Made by a program: the position numbers and the translations under genes | In this document: positions 19,814-29,434 of the stretch, piece after piece | Layout of the letters: each line of letters begins with the position of its first letter | How positions within the stretch are numbered: position 1 is the first letter of the stretch | Notes under the pieces: model-generated | Databases searched by the model: none | What the model saw: only the letters and a program-made list of their open reading frames with translations | Told to the model about the DNA's origin: nothing | Assembly (NCBI GenBank): GCA_963729625.1 | Contig: CAVSOU010000011.1 | Span: 320,001 to 384,000, forward strand | Source: an uncultured bacterium | Lineage (GTDB): Bacteria > Chloroflexota > UBA5177 > JANWHV01 | Direction: 5' to 3' | DNA: 64,000 nt

Positions 19814-21139
19814 TTAGCGGCGTCCACAGGCGCGGGCGTATGCGGCCGCAACTTCGTCAATCTTGTGCAGCACGAGGTCACGCGGTCTATTCGCAATCAC
19901 TCCGCCACGCACCGCCTCGTACTGCTTCGGCAGGAACTGGCTGATCAACGTGAGGGGGATCGTTCGACCTGAGAGGTTCGCCATCAGCCTGTCCAGCGCA
20001 CTCTGCACCGCTGGGTTCGGCCAGTAGTACCGGATCCGGTCGGACAGGCTGAAACCTCGGGCCAGGCGCTGCGCCGTTCCGTCGCCGTGGTAGTAGTTCT
20101 TCCAGTAGCCGGGAGCATCGATCATCACCTGCTCAAGCGTGCGTCGTAGGCCGGAGAGCTCGACATTCATCCCCGACAGCCACTCCTGCTCTATCATCTC
20201 CAGGCTAAACACGGCTTCGCGGAAGGCAAATGTCAGCGCAGGGCCAACCTTGAGTATGGCGAAGTGATCCATGACCAAACTGCGCAGGGAATCCTCGCGC
20301 TGGTAGTCCGTGGAGTGCGCCTCGAACACGAGGTTGCCGTACCCCTCGATCGCGTGCGACAAGGCGCGCGCCTTTTCCGGCTGATAGTCAAAGATGGATT
20401 CTTCGCCAAACTCGACGCCAGGCTGAACGACCGTGGCAACCACGCGCTCCCAGGCTGCCTGCAAACCGCGCTCCTTGAACGCCTTGCCGGTAACTTCAAC
20501 CGTGTGCTTGGCCGCTTCAGGCGTCGTTACTGCCAGTGTCTCCTCGGATTCCTGCGCCCCTCCCGGAATCGGTACCTCCGTACCGATCACGTAGACCGGA
20601 GCGGGCACTCCAGTTTCGCCGCGCGCAAAGGTGTCCTCGGCCGCGCGACAGAGCTCCGCGGCGCGCGCGGCCACGATCTCCTCTTGAAGAGGCGCGCGCG
20701 CCTCGCCGGGATCATCGGCACAACGCATGCTCGCGTCAAGATGAATCTTCTGGAAACCTGCCAGCACGTAGTCCCGCACCATCTGGCACGCCTTCTCCAT
20801 GGCGACGGCGGCCGTGTCTGTTTGCCAGGCGTTTGGGCCCAGGTGATCTCCGCCGAGGACCAGGTGCTCGGGCCCCAGGCCGGTCTTGAACGCCAGCTTC
20901 CGCACGTAGTCGGCGTACCGGACAGGAGTCATGCCGGTATAGCCGCCGAACTGGTTAACCTGGTTGGATGTCGCCTCGACGAGCACTATGTCATCGTTGG
21001 CGACCGCTTCCCGCATGCACGCTTCCAGTGCGTACGGATGCGCAGAACAGATGGATGGCATACCGATGGACTCGCCTCGCTTGTGGCGGCGCACCAGGTC
21101 CTGCACGACGCTCCGTTGCACGTTTCCCTCACTGTTCAT
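19814..21139 (-). CDS. gatZ: GatZ/KbaZ-family protein (tagatose-bisphosphate aldolase accessory subunit / tagatose-6-P 4-epimerase)
   Basis: SICSAHP, EATSNQVNQFGGYTGM, GGDHLGPN, IHLDASM, GTEVPIPGG, VVQPGVEF, EAHSTDYQ, LKVGPALT, SDRIRYYW. Confidence 0.93.
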   Translation of the reverse strand: MNSEGNVQRSVVQDLVRRHKRGESIGMPSICSAHPYALEACMREAVANDDIVLVEATSNQVNQFGGYTGMTPVRYADYVRKLAFKTGLGPEHLVLGGDHLGPNAWQTDTAAVAMEKACQMVRDYVLAGFQKIHLDASMRCADDPGEARAPLQEEIVAARAAELCRAAEDTFARGETGVPAPVYVIGTEVPIPGGAQESEETLAVTTPEAAKHTVEVTGKAFKERGLQAAWERVVATVVQPGVEFGEESIFDYQPEKARALSHAIEGYGNLVFEAHSTDYQREDSLRSLVMDHFAILKVGPALTFAFREAVFSLEMIEQEWLSGMNVELSGLRRTLEQVMIDAPGYWKNYYHGDGTAQRLARGFSLSDRIRYYWPNPAVQSALDRLMANLSGRTIPLTLISQFLPKQYEAVRGGVIANRPRDLVLHKIDEVAAAYARACGRR

Positions 21140-21521
21140 GACCTGTCACCCTATCATCTCTAGCTCAAGTCAAAGATCCCGGTGATTCAGGCTCCACATC
21201 CCGCAGGAAAGCGCCATGGCTATCCAGCAGATCGACCAGGCCACGTACGCCGGCGTAGGCGGCGCTGCTACGCCGAGAGGATCGGTGTTGAGCCTGCCTA
21301 ACCTCAGCACCGTGGGCTCGAGGTTATGACTGCTCCACGCCACAGACCGTCCGTCGGCAGTACCAGGCTGACGACTCTACCTATTCTCTCCAACCTCGTA
21401 CCTGTAACCGCATATACCATACCGCTCTTCCGCCAGAACGCGCCGTTGCCATCGCTGGTGAGTTCCCGAGCGCCAGGCCCTGCCCAGTCGCTTAGATCGC
21501 GCAAGGGCACGGCGACGCGCG

Positions 21522-21552
21522 AAAAAGACCTCCGGCGATACCTCGCCGGAGG
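21522..21552 (-). terminator. Intrinsic terminator downstream of yceI
   Basis: 10-bp stem CCTCCGGCGA/TCGCCGGAGG with a 4-nt loop, followed by TCTTTTT on the minus strand. Confidence 0.8.
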
Positions 21553-21620
21553 CCTGACTGAGAATACTACAACGCCGGAGAGAACAACCCGCAGATAGCC
21601 GGGAGTCGACGCCGGCTGTG

Positions 21621-22172
21621 TTATGCCTGCTTGGTCGCTTCGATCTCGAGCGAGATCTTGACCATCTCGCCTACCAGCACACCGCCCGCTTCAAGGGCGA
21701 CATTCCAGCCGAGGTCGAAGTCCTTACGGTTGATCTGGGTGGCGCCGCTGAACCCAGCGACCTGCTGGCCCCAGGGATTGGTTCCGCTGCCCGTCCTCGT
21801 GACGTCGAGGGTCACCGGACGAGTGGTTCCGCGTATCGTCAGGTCGCCCGTCACACTCAGGTGGTCGGCGCCGCCCGCGGTGACACTCGTGCTCTTGAAG
21901 GTAATGGTCGGGTGCTGTTCGGCCAGGAAGAAGTCCGAAGAACGCAAATGCTCGTCGCGCTTCGAGTCGCGCGTGGTAATGCTGGCAACGTTGATGGTGA
22001 CGTCGACGGAAGAGCGCGTCGGATCAGCTGCATCTTCGACGATGGTGCCGCTGAACTCGGTGAACTGGCCTTTGACGGTGGCAAACATCATGTGCTTTAC
22101 GGCGAATTCGATTTCCGAGTGGGCTTGGTCGATTACCCAGGTGGCGGTTTGAGGCTGGATCTGTGTCGTCAT
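21621..22172 (-). CDS. YceI-family lipid/polyisoprenoid-binding protein
   Basis: WVIDQAHSEIEFAVKHMM, RDEHLRSSDFF, GDLTIRG, INRKDF. Confidence 0.95.
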   Translation of the reverse strand: MTTQIQPQTATWVIDQAHSEIEFAVKHMMFATVKGQFTEFSGTIVEDAADPTRSSVDVTINVASITTRDSKRDEHLRSSDFFLAEQHPTITFKSTSVTAGGADHLSVTGDLTIRGTTRPVTLDVTRTGSGTNPWGQQVAGFSGATQINRKDFDLGWNVALEAGGVLVGEMVKISLEIEATKQA

Positions 22173-22657
22173 GTCTTCTCTCCATCTATATGCTTGTCGC
22201 TCGCGAGCGAACGATCCAACTTCCTGAGCAGGGTCACGAGCTGAAGCTGCTCTGGCCTGGTCAACGCCGAGAACATGCCGCCTATTGCCAGTTCCTGAGC
22301 GGGCACGGATTCGACAAACAGTCGCTTCCCTCGATCGGTAAGGAATAGCTTGTTTGACCTTCCCTCCGGAACTCTCCGGACAAGCCCATCCCGCTCCATG
22401 CGATCCACAAGCTGGCAGACGTTGCCCTTGGTGACCAGCAGCGCAGCCGCCACATCCTGCTGTGTGATTCCTTCGGAGCCGCCCACGTGCACGAGCAGGT
22501 CAAACTGGGCGGAGCTTAGGCCCCAGAGCCGGAGGTGATCCGCTGAAAGCTGCTCGAGCCGTTGGAACACGCGCGCCAGTCGCAGCCAAGACAGCACCGC
22601 TGCGGTTGGGCGAGCAGTGCGTTCCTCGACTGAAAGATTCGCCTCCACTCGCGTCAC
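22169..22657 (-). CDS. MarR-family transcriptional regulator
   Basis: LSSAQFDLL...ITQQDVA...VTKGNVCQLVDRMERDGLVRR winged HTH; ATGA overlap with yceI. Confidence 0.93.
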   Translation of the reverse strand: MTRVEANLSVEERTARPTAAVLSWLRLARVFQRLEQLSADHLRLWGLSSAQFDLLVHVGGSEGITQQDVAAALLVTKGNVCQLVDRMERDGLVRRVPEGRSNKLFLTDRGKRLFVESVPAQELAIGGMFSALTRPEQLQLVTLLRKLDRSLASDKHIDGEKT

Positions 22658-22675
22658 TCCTATCCCTGCTCGCAG

Positions 22676-22699
22676 CTATAGTTTATACCTAAACTATAG
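22676..22699. promoter_or_regulatory. Putative MarR operator (perfect palindrome)
   Basis: CTATAGTTTA-TACC-TAAACTATAG, 10-bp perfect inverted repeat 18 nt upstream of the marR start. Confidence 0.75.
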
Positions 22700-22859
22700 T
22701 GATGTCAATGCCACTTAGAGAAATCAACTGCGGAATAGTCGACCATGCTATGCCTCGGGCCACCTGGACGCGCGTCGCGCTTCCCGGGCCGCGGCGTATG
22801 CGGCCGCCTGCGCTGAACTATCCTTCTCTGTGGCAGGCGAGACAGGTAGCCGACCGGGA

Positions 22860-23620
22860 TGACAAGCGAGCGAATCGCGTCGCGCAGCACCTTGAGGTAG
22901 GCAGGGAGATCTTGCGTGGGAGAGGCGACGCTGGCGATAATCGCTCTGCTGAAGTTGTCCAGAATGGTCACACAGTAGGCCTGCTGGCCGAGCAACGGCG
23001 TGTCGAGATAGCGCACGTCCGAGGTCCAGTATTGGTGGCGTCGACTGGCGGCGAAGGGCATGGGCTTCTTCACGTGCGGCTCGCGCTCAGCTGCTTCCAG
23101 GTGATAGAGCGCGCTATGGTGGGCCATGATCCGGTTGCAAGCGCGCACACTCGCCCGTATACCCAGCCGGAGTAAGGCGGCATGCATCCGAAAGCCACCC
23201 AGGCGCGGATCTTCCTGCTGTTTCTTCTCAATCATGGCCATCGTCTTGAGGTCGACAGCGCGGAACCCTGGTTTCGGCCCGGGCCTCTTGTCCTCGAGCC
23301 CGAGCCGGCCCTCTTCAATCCAACGGCGCAGCGTCGTGTGTACGGTCTGGCGGCTGGTGGCCAAGTAGGCCGCGATGCTCTTGGCATTCCAGCCCTCTGC
23401 ATGCGGCGTGATAATTGCGCTGGTTCACCCGATGGTAGAGCGTGCTCCGTGCAACGCCGGTCTCCAGCGCACGTTCAGAGGGGGACTGGCCGAAGAGCAC
23501 TACCGAACGCAGCACCTCATAGCGGACTGGCTCTTCCCAATGCATCCGCTTGCGCAGTCCCGCGAACTCGCGCTGTCGTTCCAGGCGCTCTTGCACATCC
23601 ACGGTTGGCCGATCGTCCTC
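22860..23620 (-). mobile_element. Degraded IS481-like HTH/rve-integrase transposase remnant
   Basis: Fragment YEVLRSVVLFGQSPSERALETGVARSTLY is joined out of frame to HAEGWNAKSIAAYLATSRQTV...WTSDVRYLD...TILDNFSRAIIAS. The DDE domain is truncated. Boundaries approximate. Confidence 0.8.
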
Positions 23621-23921
23621 GCGTACACCATCTGACCACTGGAGAGTGATTGCTCCACGGTACGCATCGCACGCGAAAGCGTGCAACTCTGGGCGACGCG
23701 AGCTGCGTCTCTTGACGACTCGGCGACGCGCGGGCCGCTCCTCTGCACAGGCTAGCACCCCACTGTCCAGGTCACATCCGGGCGTGTCTTGGACATGATG
23801 CGTCGCCTCCGCTCGTTGCTCCCCGACCGTGACTTGATAGGAGCCTGCGGCTACGTGCCTCCAGAGAGCTTGGCCCCGTCGGAAGCAGGGCTCGCGTGGT
23901 TCAGAAGAAAACGGTCGTCCG

Positions 23922-25205
23922 TCATGCGTATTCCTGCGTCACTTCAGCTGCCATTGCCGCCCACTCCCACAGACGCTGCGGCTGGTGGCGCATCGTGCTG
24001 ATGTCCTTCATGATCACCTCGACGATGCAGTCGTGCGCTTTCGCCTTTGTCAGCACAGTCTCGAGGTCGCGCCTGGCTTTGTCGAGATGCCACGTTTCTT
24101 CGGCGAACACGGCGGGACTGGGCTTGTAGGAGAACACATAGCGATCCCCTACAGTAGCAACCGCCTCGTCGACATTGATCCACGGGCTCATCGACACCTT
24201 CCGCAGGTTCGGAATCTTCTCGAGCATCCGCATTTTCCTGTGCAGCGGGTCGCAACAGCCGTAGTACGTGAGGCCAAACCTGCTCAGCCAACGCAGTTCG
24301 TACTGCAGCGCGAATTCCCAATGCATGCGCGGCGACACGTCGGAGAAGATCTGCGCCGCTCCATGGCCCCACAGGTCCTTGACACGCACATGGGATGGTT
24401 CAAAGTCCGGCTGCGGCAACTCGTCCGTGTATCCCAGTCCCCCGGACCCGATGCGGTTGTAGCCGTTGTTGAGGGTAAGGAGATTCTGGTCCTGCCACTG
24501 ATCGAGCATGGCCAGGTAGGCGTTGACCAGCCGGTCCATCGCCTTGTGCACCAGGTCCGGCTTGTCGACCAGATCGGTAAGGGCTTGCTGCGGTCCCCAC
24601 CACCGGATCAGCTCATCCCAGGGCGCAAACCACGTAACAAAGCCGGGCGCCCCGCGCTTCTCGACGTGAAGAACGCCGCCGAAGATTTCTTTCAGCTGCT
24701 GGCAGTGCTCCTCGGACGCGACTGCATCATGCGCCACGACCGGCGTCTCGATCTTCTCCAGATCCTCTTCATCGCGTATCTGGAAGTTGAAGTGCCGGGA
24801 GACGACGTCACTCGCGTCGTCGGTCTTGACGATGTCGACATTTTCGGCAATGCCAAAGCCGGTATTGTGGATCACCAGGGGCGAGAAGACCGTGGGCTCC
24901 ACGACCATGTCGCCCGGAAAGTGCTTCCATTGGTAGAGCAGCGACCGCAATTCCCATTCGTGGTAACGGCACCATGCGGTCGTCGTCCGCAGCCGGAGCT
25001 CGCCGTCGACGTCCATTTCGTGCCAGGGAACCTCGTTGATCCAGACCAGCGGTCGGACGCGCTTGAGGCCGTTCAGGTCGCGCCACATGGCTGCCCGCTC
25101 AGCGTGCACCGGCAACGCAGCGATCTCGGCAAGCTGCTCCCCGAGGTCGCGCAGCACCGTACGGTCCCCTGCGGATACATCCGCGCTATGAAGCTTGACG
25201 GACAT
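23922..25205 (-). CDS. Uroporphyrinogen decarboxylase (URO-D/MtaA-CmuA)-like uncharacterised protein
   Basis: L.DLVD.PD.VH, VSPRMHWEF..YE, YYGCCDPL, LRKVSMSPW and KPSP motifs of URO-D/CIMS-like barrel proteins. Confidence 0.7.
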   Translation of the reverse strand: MSVKLHSADVSAGDRTVLRDLGEQLAEIAALPVHAERAAMWRDLNGLKRVRPLVWINEVPWHEMDVDGELRLRTTTAWCRYHEWELRSLLYQWKHFPGDMVVEPTVFSPLVIHNTGFGIAENVDIVKTDDASDVVSRHFNFQIRDEEDLEKIETPVVAHDAVASEEHCQQLKEIFGGVLHVEKRGAPGFVTWFAPWDELIRWWGPQQALTDLVDKPDLVHKAMDRLVNAYLAMLDQWQDQNLLTLNNGYNRIGSGGLGYTDELPQPDFEPSHVRVKDLWGHGAAQIFSDVSPRMHWEFALQYELRWLSRFGLTYYGCCDPLHRKMRMLEKIPNLRKVSMSPWINVDEAVATVGDRYVFSYKPSPAVFAEETWHLDKARRDLETVLTKAKAHDCIVEVIMKDISTMRHQPQRLWEWAAMAAEVTQEYA

Positions 25206-25320
25206 GTAACACTCTTTTCGCTACTGATCGATCGAGCCAACCACAGCAGGTGCTGTAGCTATCATCCAGGAGCGCCATGCCAGGTTGGATCGGCCTGTGC
25301 TGCGCCAGCATGCATGGCCG

Positions 25321-26658
25321 TTAGATCCGCTCGATAGGCTTGTCAATGCAATGCTCCTGATCCAACGGACTCTGCAGATCGATCTTCAGCACGGTGGCAT
25401 ACGGATCCAGTTCCTGCTCCGGCACGGAAATCCACAATACACCTGGCACGTTCGCCCACGGCGCTCCGCCCAGCGTCCGGTGCGCCACTTCGGTGCCGCG
25501 TCCCAGCACGCTGACGCGTGACACCCTCGCGTTGATACCCTTGACGGCGACCTCATCGTATGGCCGGTCGAAATTGAAGACGTACAGGGATCGACGATCT
25601 GCCGAGAGCGTGGTGGCGCCGTACGCATAGCCGGGCGGCAGACCCGCTACCGTGCCGTAGACCGCCTCCTCATGCCTGCCGATCCAGGCTCCGAGCGTCT
25701 CCAGCCGCTCGACCTGCTCAGGTGGTATCGTACCGTCGGCCCTCGGCCCCGCGTCCAGCAACAGATTGCCCCCCATGCCAATGCACTCCGCGAAGGTGCG
25801 AATGATCTGCCGCGCCGACTTGTAGTTGCGGTCGTGCTCTTTGTAGCCCCAGGAATCGTTCATGGTCATGCAGAACTCCCAGGGTCCCGAGGGTGGCGTG
25901 ATCGGTAACCCCTGTTCCGGTGTCTCATAGTCGCCGCAACCGGCCATACGGGAGTTCAGGACGACCTTGGGCAGCATTCTATGGAGCTGTTCGCGAAGAG
26001 CGGGCATGTTCCAGTACGAGGCCTCTGGTGTCCAGTCACCGTCGAACCAGAGCAGATCCGGCGCGTAGCGCGTGCATAGCTCCTCCAACTGGGCGTTGCG
26101 GAACTGCAGAAAGCGCTGCCAGTCCGGTGTGGCCGGGCCCTCCGGCCATCCCTGCCGGTAGGTTTCCACGTCGAGGGTTGCCGGAATACGGCCGCCTTCG
26201 AACTGTGCCAGCCACGCCGGAGTCGCCAGCTTCTCCCATGTACGCTCTGCTGGGAAGACGGGCGCGTAGTCGGGGTGCGACCAGTCGAGGTGTGAGAAAT
26301 ACAGCCCGACTTTGAGGCTTTGGGCGCGCAGCGCGTCGCAATAGGGGCCAATAAGGTCCCGTGCGGCGGGCGTGCAAGCCGCCATGTTGAGGTCGCTCAG
26401 CGCCGTCGGCCAGAGGGCCACGCCGTCGTGATGTTTGCTGGTGAGCACTGCGTAGCGTGCCCCGGCGCGCCGGAACAGGTCGGCCCAGGCCGGCGGGTCG
26501 TAGCGATCCGCCGTGAACCCGTCCAGCTGAGCCATGTATGCGGCATAGGGTACGTCGCGGTTGAAGATCGCCCACGATTCCGAGGTGCCGTTGACGGCAT
26601 AGATGCCCCAATGGATGAAGATGCCGAGCTTGGCTTCCGAGAACCAGGGTTGCAACAC
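25321..26658 (-). CDS. GH29 alpha-L-fucosidase
   Basis: KLGIFIHWG, LTSKHHDG, LYFSHLDW, LLWFDGDW nucleophile motif, GGNLLL.GP; GGAGGT RBS. Confidence 0.95.
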   Translation of the reverse strand: MLQPWFSEAKLGIFIHWGIYAVNGTSESWAIFNRDVPYAAYMAQLDGFTADRYDPPAWADLFRRAGARYAVLTSKHHDGVALWPTALSDLNMAACTPAARDLIGPYCDALRAQSLKVGLYFSHLDWSHPDYAPVFPAERTWEKLATPAWLAQFEGGRIPATLDVETYRQGWPEGPATPDWQRFLQFRNAQLEELCTRYAPDLLWFDGDWTPEASYWNMPALREQLHRMLPKVVLNSRMAGCGDYETPEQGLPITPPSGPWEFCMTMNDSWGYKEHDRNYKSARQIIRTFAECIGMGGNLLLDAGPRADGTIPPEQVERLETLGAWIGRHEEAVYGTVAGLPPGYAYGATTLSADRRSLYVFNFDRPYDEVAVKGINARVSRVSVLGRGTEVAHRTLGGAPWANVPGVLWISVPEQELDPYATVLKIDLQSPLDQEHCIDKPIERI

Positions 26659-29402
26659 CTACTTACCTCCAACTGACTACCGAAACCGTCGTTATCGGGT
26701 TGAGCTGAGAAAATACGTTGGACGTTACTGAGCGGGATACTGAAGTGATAGACTCCTGAACCGATCTCCAGTACTGGCGAGCCGTGGCCGACCGTGCCGC
26801 CGGCGAGGACAGACATCCCGTCCACCGGCACATCATCCTCGAGCACGGCGCCCAGCCGGGATGCCGGCAGGTACACAGCAGCAACTGTATTCACGGGTAT
26901 CTCAAGGGCCAGCTCGCAAGCCTCGTCGGTGAGCCGCCACGAACAGCCGATGCGCCCGTAGAGTGACCGGTGTTCCGCTTCCACCCACGTGAGATCCCCG
27001 ACCACGTGTGGCTGAATGCGAAAGTGCTGGAATCCCGGAGCTTCGAGATCCGGCATGATGCCGCCGAGCGTCTTGAACAGCCATGCGCTGATATCGCCGA
27101 ACATAATATGGTTCTGCGAGGAGCGCCCTTCCCAATCTTCCCACAGCGTCGTCGCGCCTTGCTCGATCCAGTAGCCCCAGCTCGGGAAGGTCGTCTGCGT
27201 GGCAAGGGCATAGGCGACGGCCGCATGGCCGTATTGGCCGAGTACGTTCAGCACGTACTTCGTGCCCAGGATGCCGCAGTTCAGATGACCGTCGTGCAGG
27301 GCGATTGCCCTGAGGAGCGCATCGACCACTTTGTCCTGCTCGGCAGGTTCCACGAGTCCTTGAAAGAGCGCGCAAGCCTGCGACGTCTGGTCGCCCTCTG
27401 CATAACGCCCCAGTGCCGGGTCATAGAACCTGGCGTTGAAGGCGGTCTTCACCGCTTCCGCCGACTCCTCATACTGCCGGGCATCGTCGTCTCTGCCGAG
27501 CATGGAGGCTATCCGTGCGATCAGCCTGCAGTTCGCGTGGTAGTAGCCGGTCGAGGTCAGCGCTGTCGGGGACTCATGCCCATCCGGTTCCCCTCCAGGT
27601 GGGCACCAGTCACCCAGGCCGAACGAGATGATGTGGTCGGTCGCCATGCTCGTCATGAAGTCCACGTAGCGGCGCATGCCATCATAGTGGGTCTCCAGGA
27701 TCCGCCGGTCGCCGCTGTACAGATACAGGTACCAGGGAATATGCGTGTAGGCGCTGTCCCAGGCCGGCCCGCTGCCCCAGTTGAAGCCCCAGCCTCCGGT
27801 GGGCACGACACCGGGCAGCTGGCCGTTTGCGCGCTGGATGTCGGCGAAGTCCGTCAGCCATTTCGTGTAGGCGGCCTGCGGGGCGAAGTTCAGCAGGCCG
27901 GTCTCGGCGGCCAGCATCGCGTCGCCTGTCCAGCCGTTCTTCTCCCGGTGCGGGCAATCGGTCGGGATGCCCACGAAGTTCGTCAGATATGACCAGCGTG
28001 TGCAGGTCTGGATGGCGTTGAGCAGCGGGTTGGAGCAGCGGAACTCGCCCGTTGGGTCCATGGCGGTGTGCACGACCCGGCCGCGCAGGCTGTCGAGGCT
28101 GGGGTTGCCAGGGAAGCCCGTCAGCTGCACGTAGCGGAAGCCGTGATAGGTGAAGCGCGGTTCCCAGACCTCCTCGTCTTCGCCCTTGAGCGTATAGCGG
28201 TCGGTCTGGCATTCGCCGCTCCGGATCAGCCCGGCAATCAGCGACTGGTCGATGTCGCCATCCGGCGCCAGCCGCTCGGCATAGCGGAGCGTCACGGTCG
28301 CACCGGCTACTCCTCGTACGGTCAGTTGTGACCAGCCGGAAATGTTCTGGCCCAGATCATAGATGTAGACATTGGGATGGACTTCCGCCATGGAGACCGG
28401 TGTCAGCGTCTGCATGACCTTGCACGGCGGCATCTGCTGCGCCGCCAGGACGCCCCCCGGACTGGACACGATCATAGCGGGCAGCCAGTCAGCCGCGTCA
28501 TAGCCTGTAGCTTGCCATCCCGGTCTCTCCCGACGGGCGTCGTAGGTCTCCCCGTTGCGCAGTCCATCGAAGACGACCGGCCCGGTCGTCGTCTGCCAGG
28601 TGGCGTCACTGCAGATCGTTCTCGTGCTGCCGTTCGCAAACGTGAGGCACAACTGCACTAGCAGCTTGGGCCGGTCACGCCAGGGGGCTTTCTCATAATC
28701 CCAGCCACACGCCGTGTGGCAGTCGTACCATCCGGTTCCCAGCATTACGCCGACAACATTCTCGCCGGTGCCGAGCATGCCGGTGATGTCGTGCGTGATG
28801 TACAGTGCCCGTTTGTCGTAGTGGGTGACCACCGGATCGAGGACGTGATCGCCCACTTTCCGGCCGTTGAGGTAGAGCTCGTGGAATCCCAGCCCGCAGA
28901 TGTAGGCTCGTGCCGACGCTACGGGGCGATCCAGACTGAATGCCTTGCGGAAGAGGGAACCGGGAATAGACGGTGGACCCAGCGGCGTGGAAGGGTTGGG
29001 CGCGCCTATCCACTGCGCGTGCCAATCTCGGTGGCTGAGCAGGCCCATCTCCCACCAGCTCACCTCGCTGAACGGTCCCGTCTGCCCGTCCCGATCGCGG
29101 GCGCGCACTGTCCAGTAGTACCGCTGTCCCGACCGCAACTGCGCACCTGCATAGGGCACCTGGACCGACTGCCCGGAAGTGACCCAGCCGGAGTCCCACA
29201 CGTCTCCGGTGCCATGCTGCAGTATCCGCGGCGCACTCCCGACCAGGATCTGGTACGCCGATTGCCGTTGCTCGCGTTCGTCGGCCCGCAGCTCCCAGCT
29301 GAGGCGTGGGGCGTGCGTGTCTATACCCAGGGGTGTCTGCAGGTATTCGCAGCGCAGCCGAACTGGCATGAGCGAGGCAGGCGCGTGGATCTCGGCCATC
29401 AT
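26397..29402 (-). CDS. GH78 alpha-L-rhamnosidase (native C-terminus probably near 26700; frame runs on into the GH29 gene)
   Basis: LRCEYL..PLGID..PRLSW, DLGQN, PRFTYHGFRY, PTDCPHREKNGWTGD, GATTLWE, SQNH. Start ATG 29402 after GAAGGGGG. Confidence 0.92.
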   Translation of the reverse strand: MMAEIHAPASLMPVRLRCEYLQTPLGIDTHAPRLSWELRADEREQRQSAYQILVGSAPRILQHGTGDVWDSGWVTSGQSVQVPYAGAQLRSGQRYYWTVRARDRDGQTGPFSEVSWWEMGLLSHRDWHAQWIGAPNPSTPLGPPSIPGSLFRKAFSLDRPVASARAYICGLGFHELYLNGRKVGDHVLDPVVTHYDKRALYITHDITGMLGTGENVVGVMLGTGWYDCHTACGWDYEKAPWRDRPKLLVQLCLTFANGSTRTICSDATWQTTTGPVVFDGLRNGETYDARRERPGWQATGYDAADWLPAMIVSSPGGVLAAQQMPPCKVMQTLTPVSMAEVHPNVYIYDLGQNISGWSQLTVRGVAGATVTLRYAERLAPDGDIDQSLIAGLIRSGECQTDRYTLKGEDEEVWEPRFTYHGFRYVQLTGFPGNPSLDSLRGRVVHTAMDPTGEFRCSNPLLNAIQTCTRWSYLTNFVGIPTDCPHREKNGWTGDAMLAAETGLLNFAPQAAYTKWLTDFADIQRANGQLPGVVPTGGWGFNWGSGPAWDSAYTHIPWYLYLYSGDRRILETHYDGMRRYVDFMTSMATDHIISFGLGDWCPPGGEPDGHESPTALTSTGYYHANCRLIARIASMLGRDDDARQYEESAEAVKTAFNARFYDPALGRYAEGDQTSQACALFQGLVEPAEQDKVVDALLRAIALHDGHLNCGILGTKYVLNVLGQYGHAAVAYALATQTTFPSWGYWIEQGATTLWEDWEGRSSQNHIMFGDISAWLFKTLGGIMPDLEAPGFQHFRIQPHVVGDLTWVEAEHRSLYGRIGCSWRLTDEACELALEIPVNTVAAVYLPASRLGAVLEDDVPVDGMSVLAGGTVGHGSPVLEIGSGVYHFSIPLSNVQRIFSAQPDNDGFGSQLEVSRCCNPGSRKPSSASSSIGASMPSTAPRNRGRSSTATYPMPHTWLSWTGSRRIATTRRPGPTCSGAPGHATQCSPANITTAWPSGRRR

Positions 29403-29434
29403 GTTGCTTCCCCCTTCATGGTGCTGGAGTCTCC

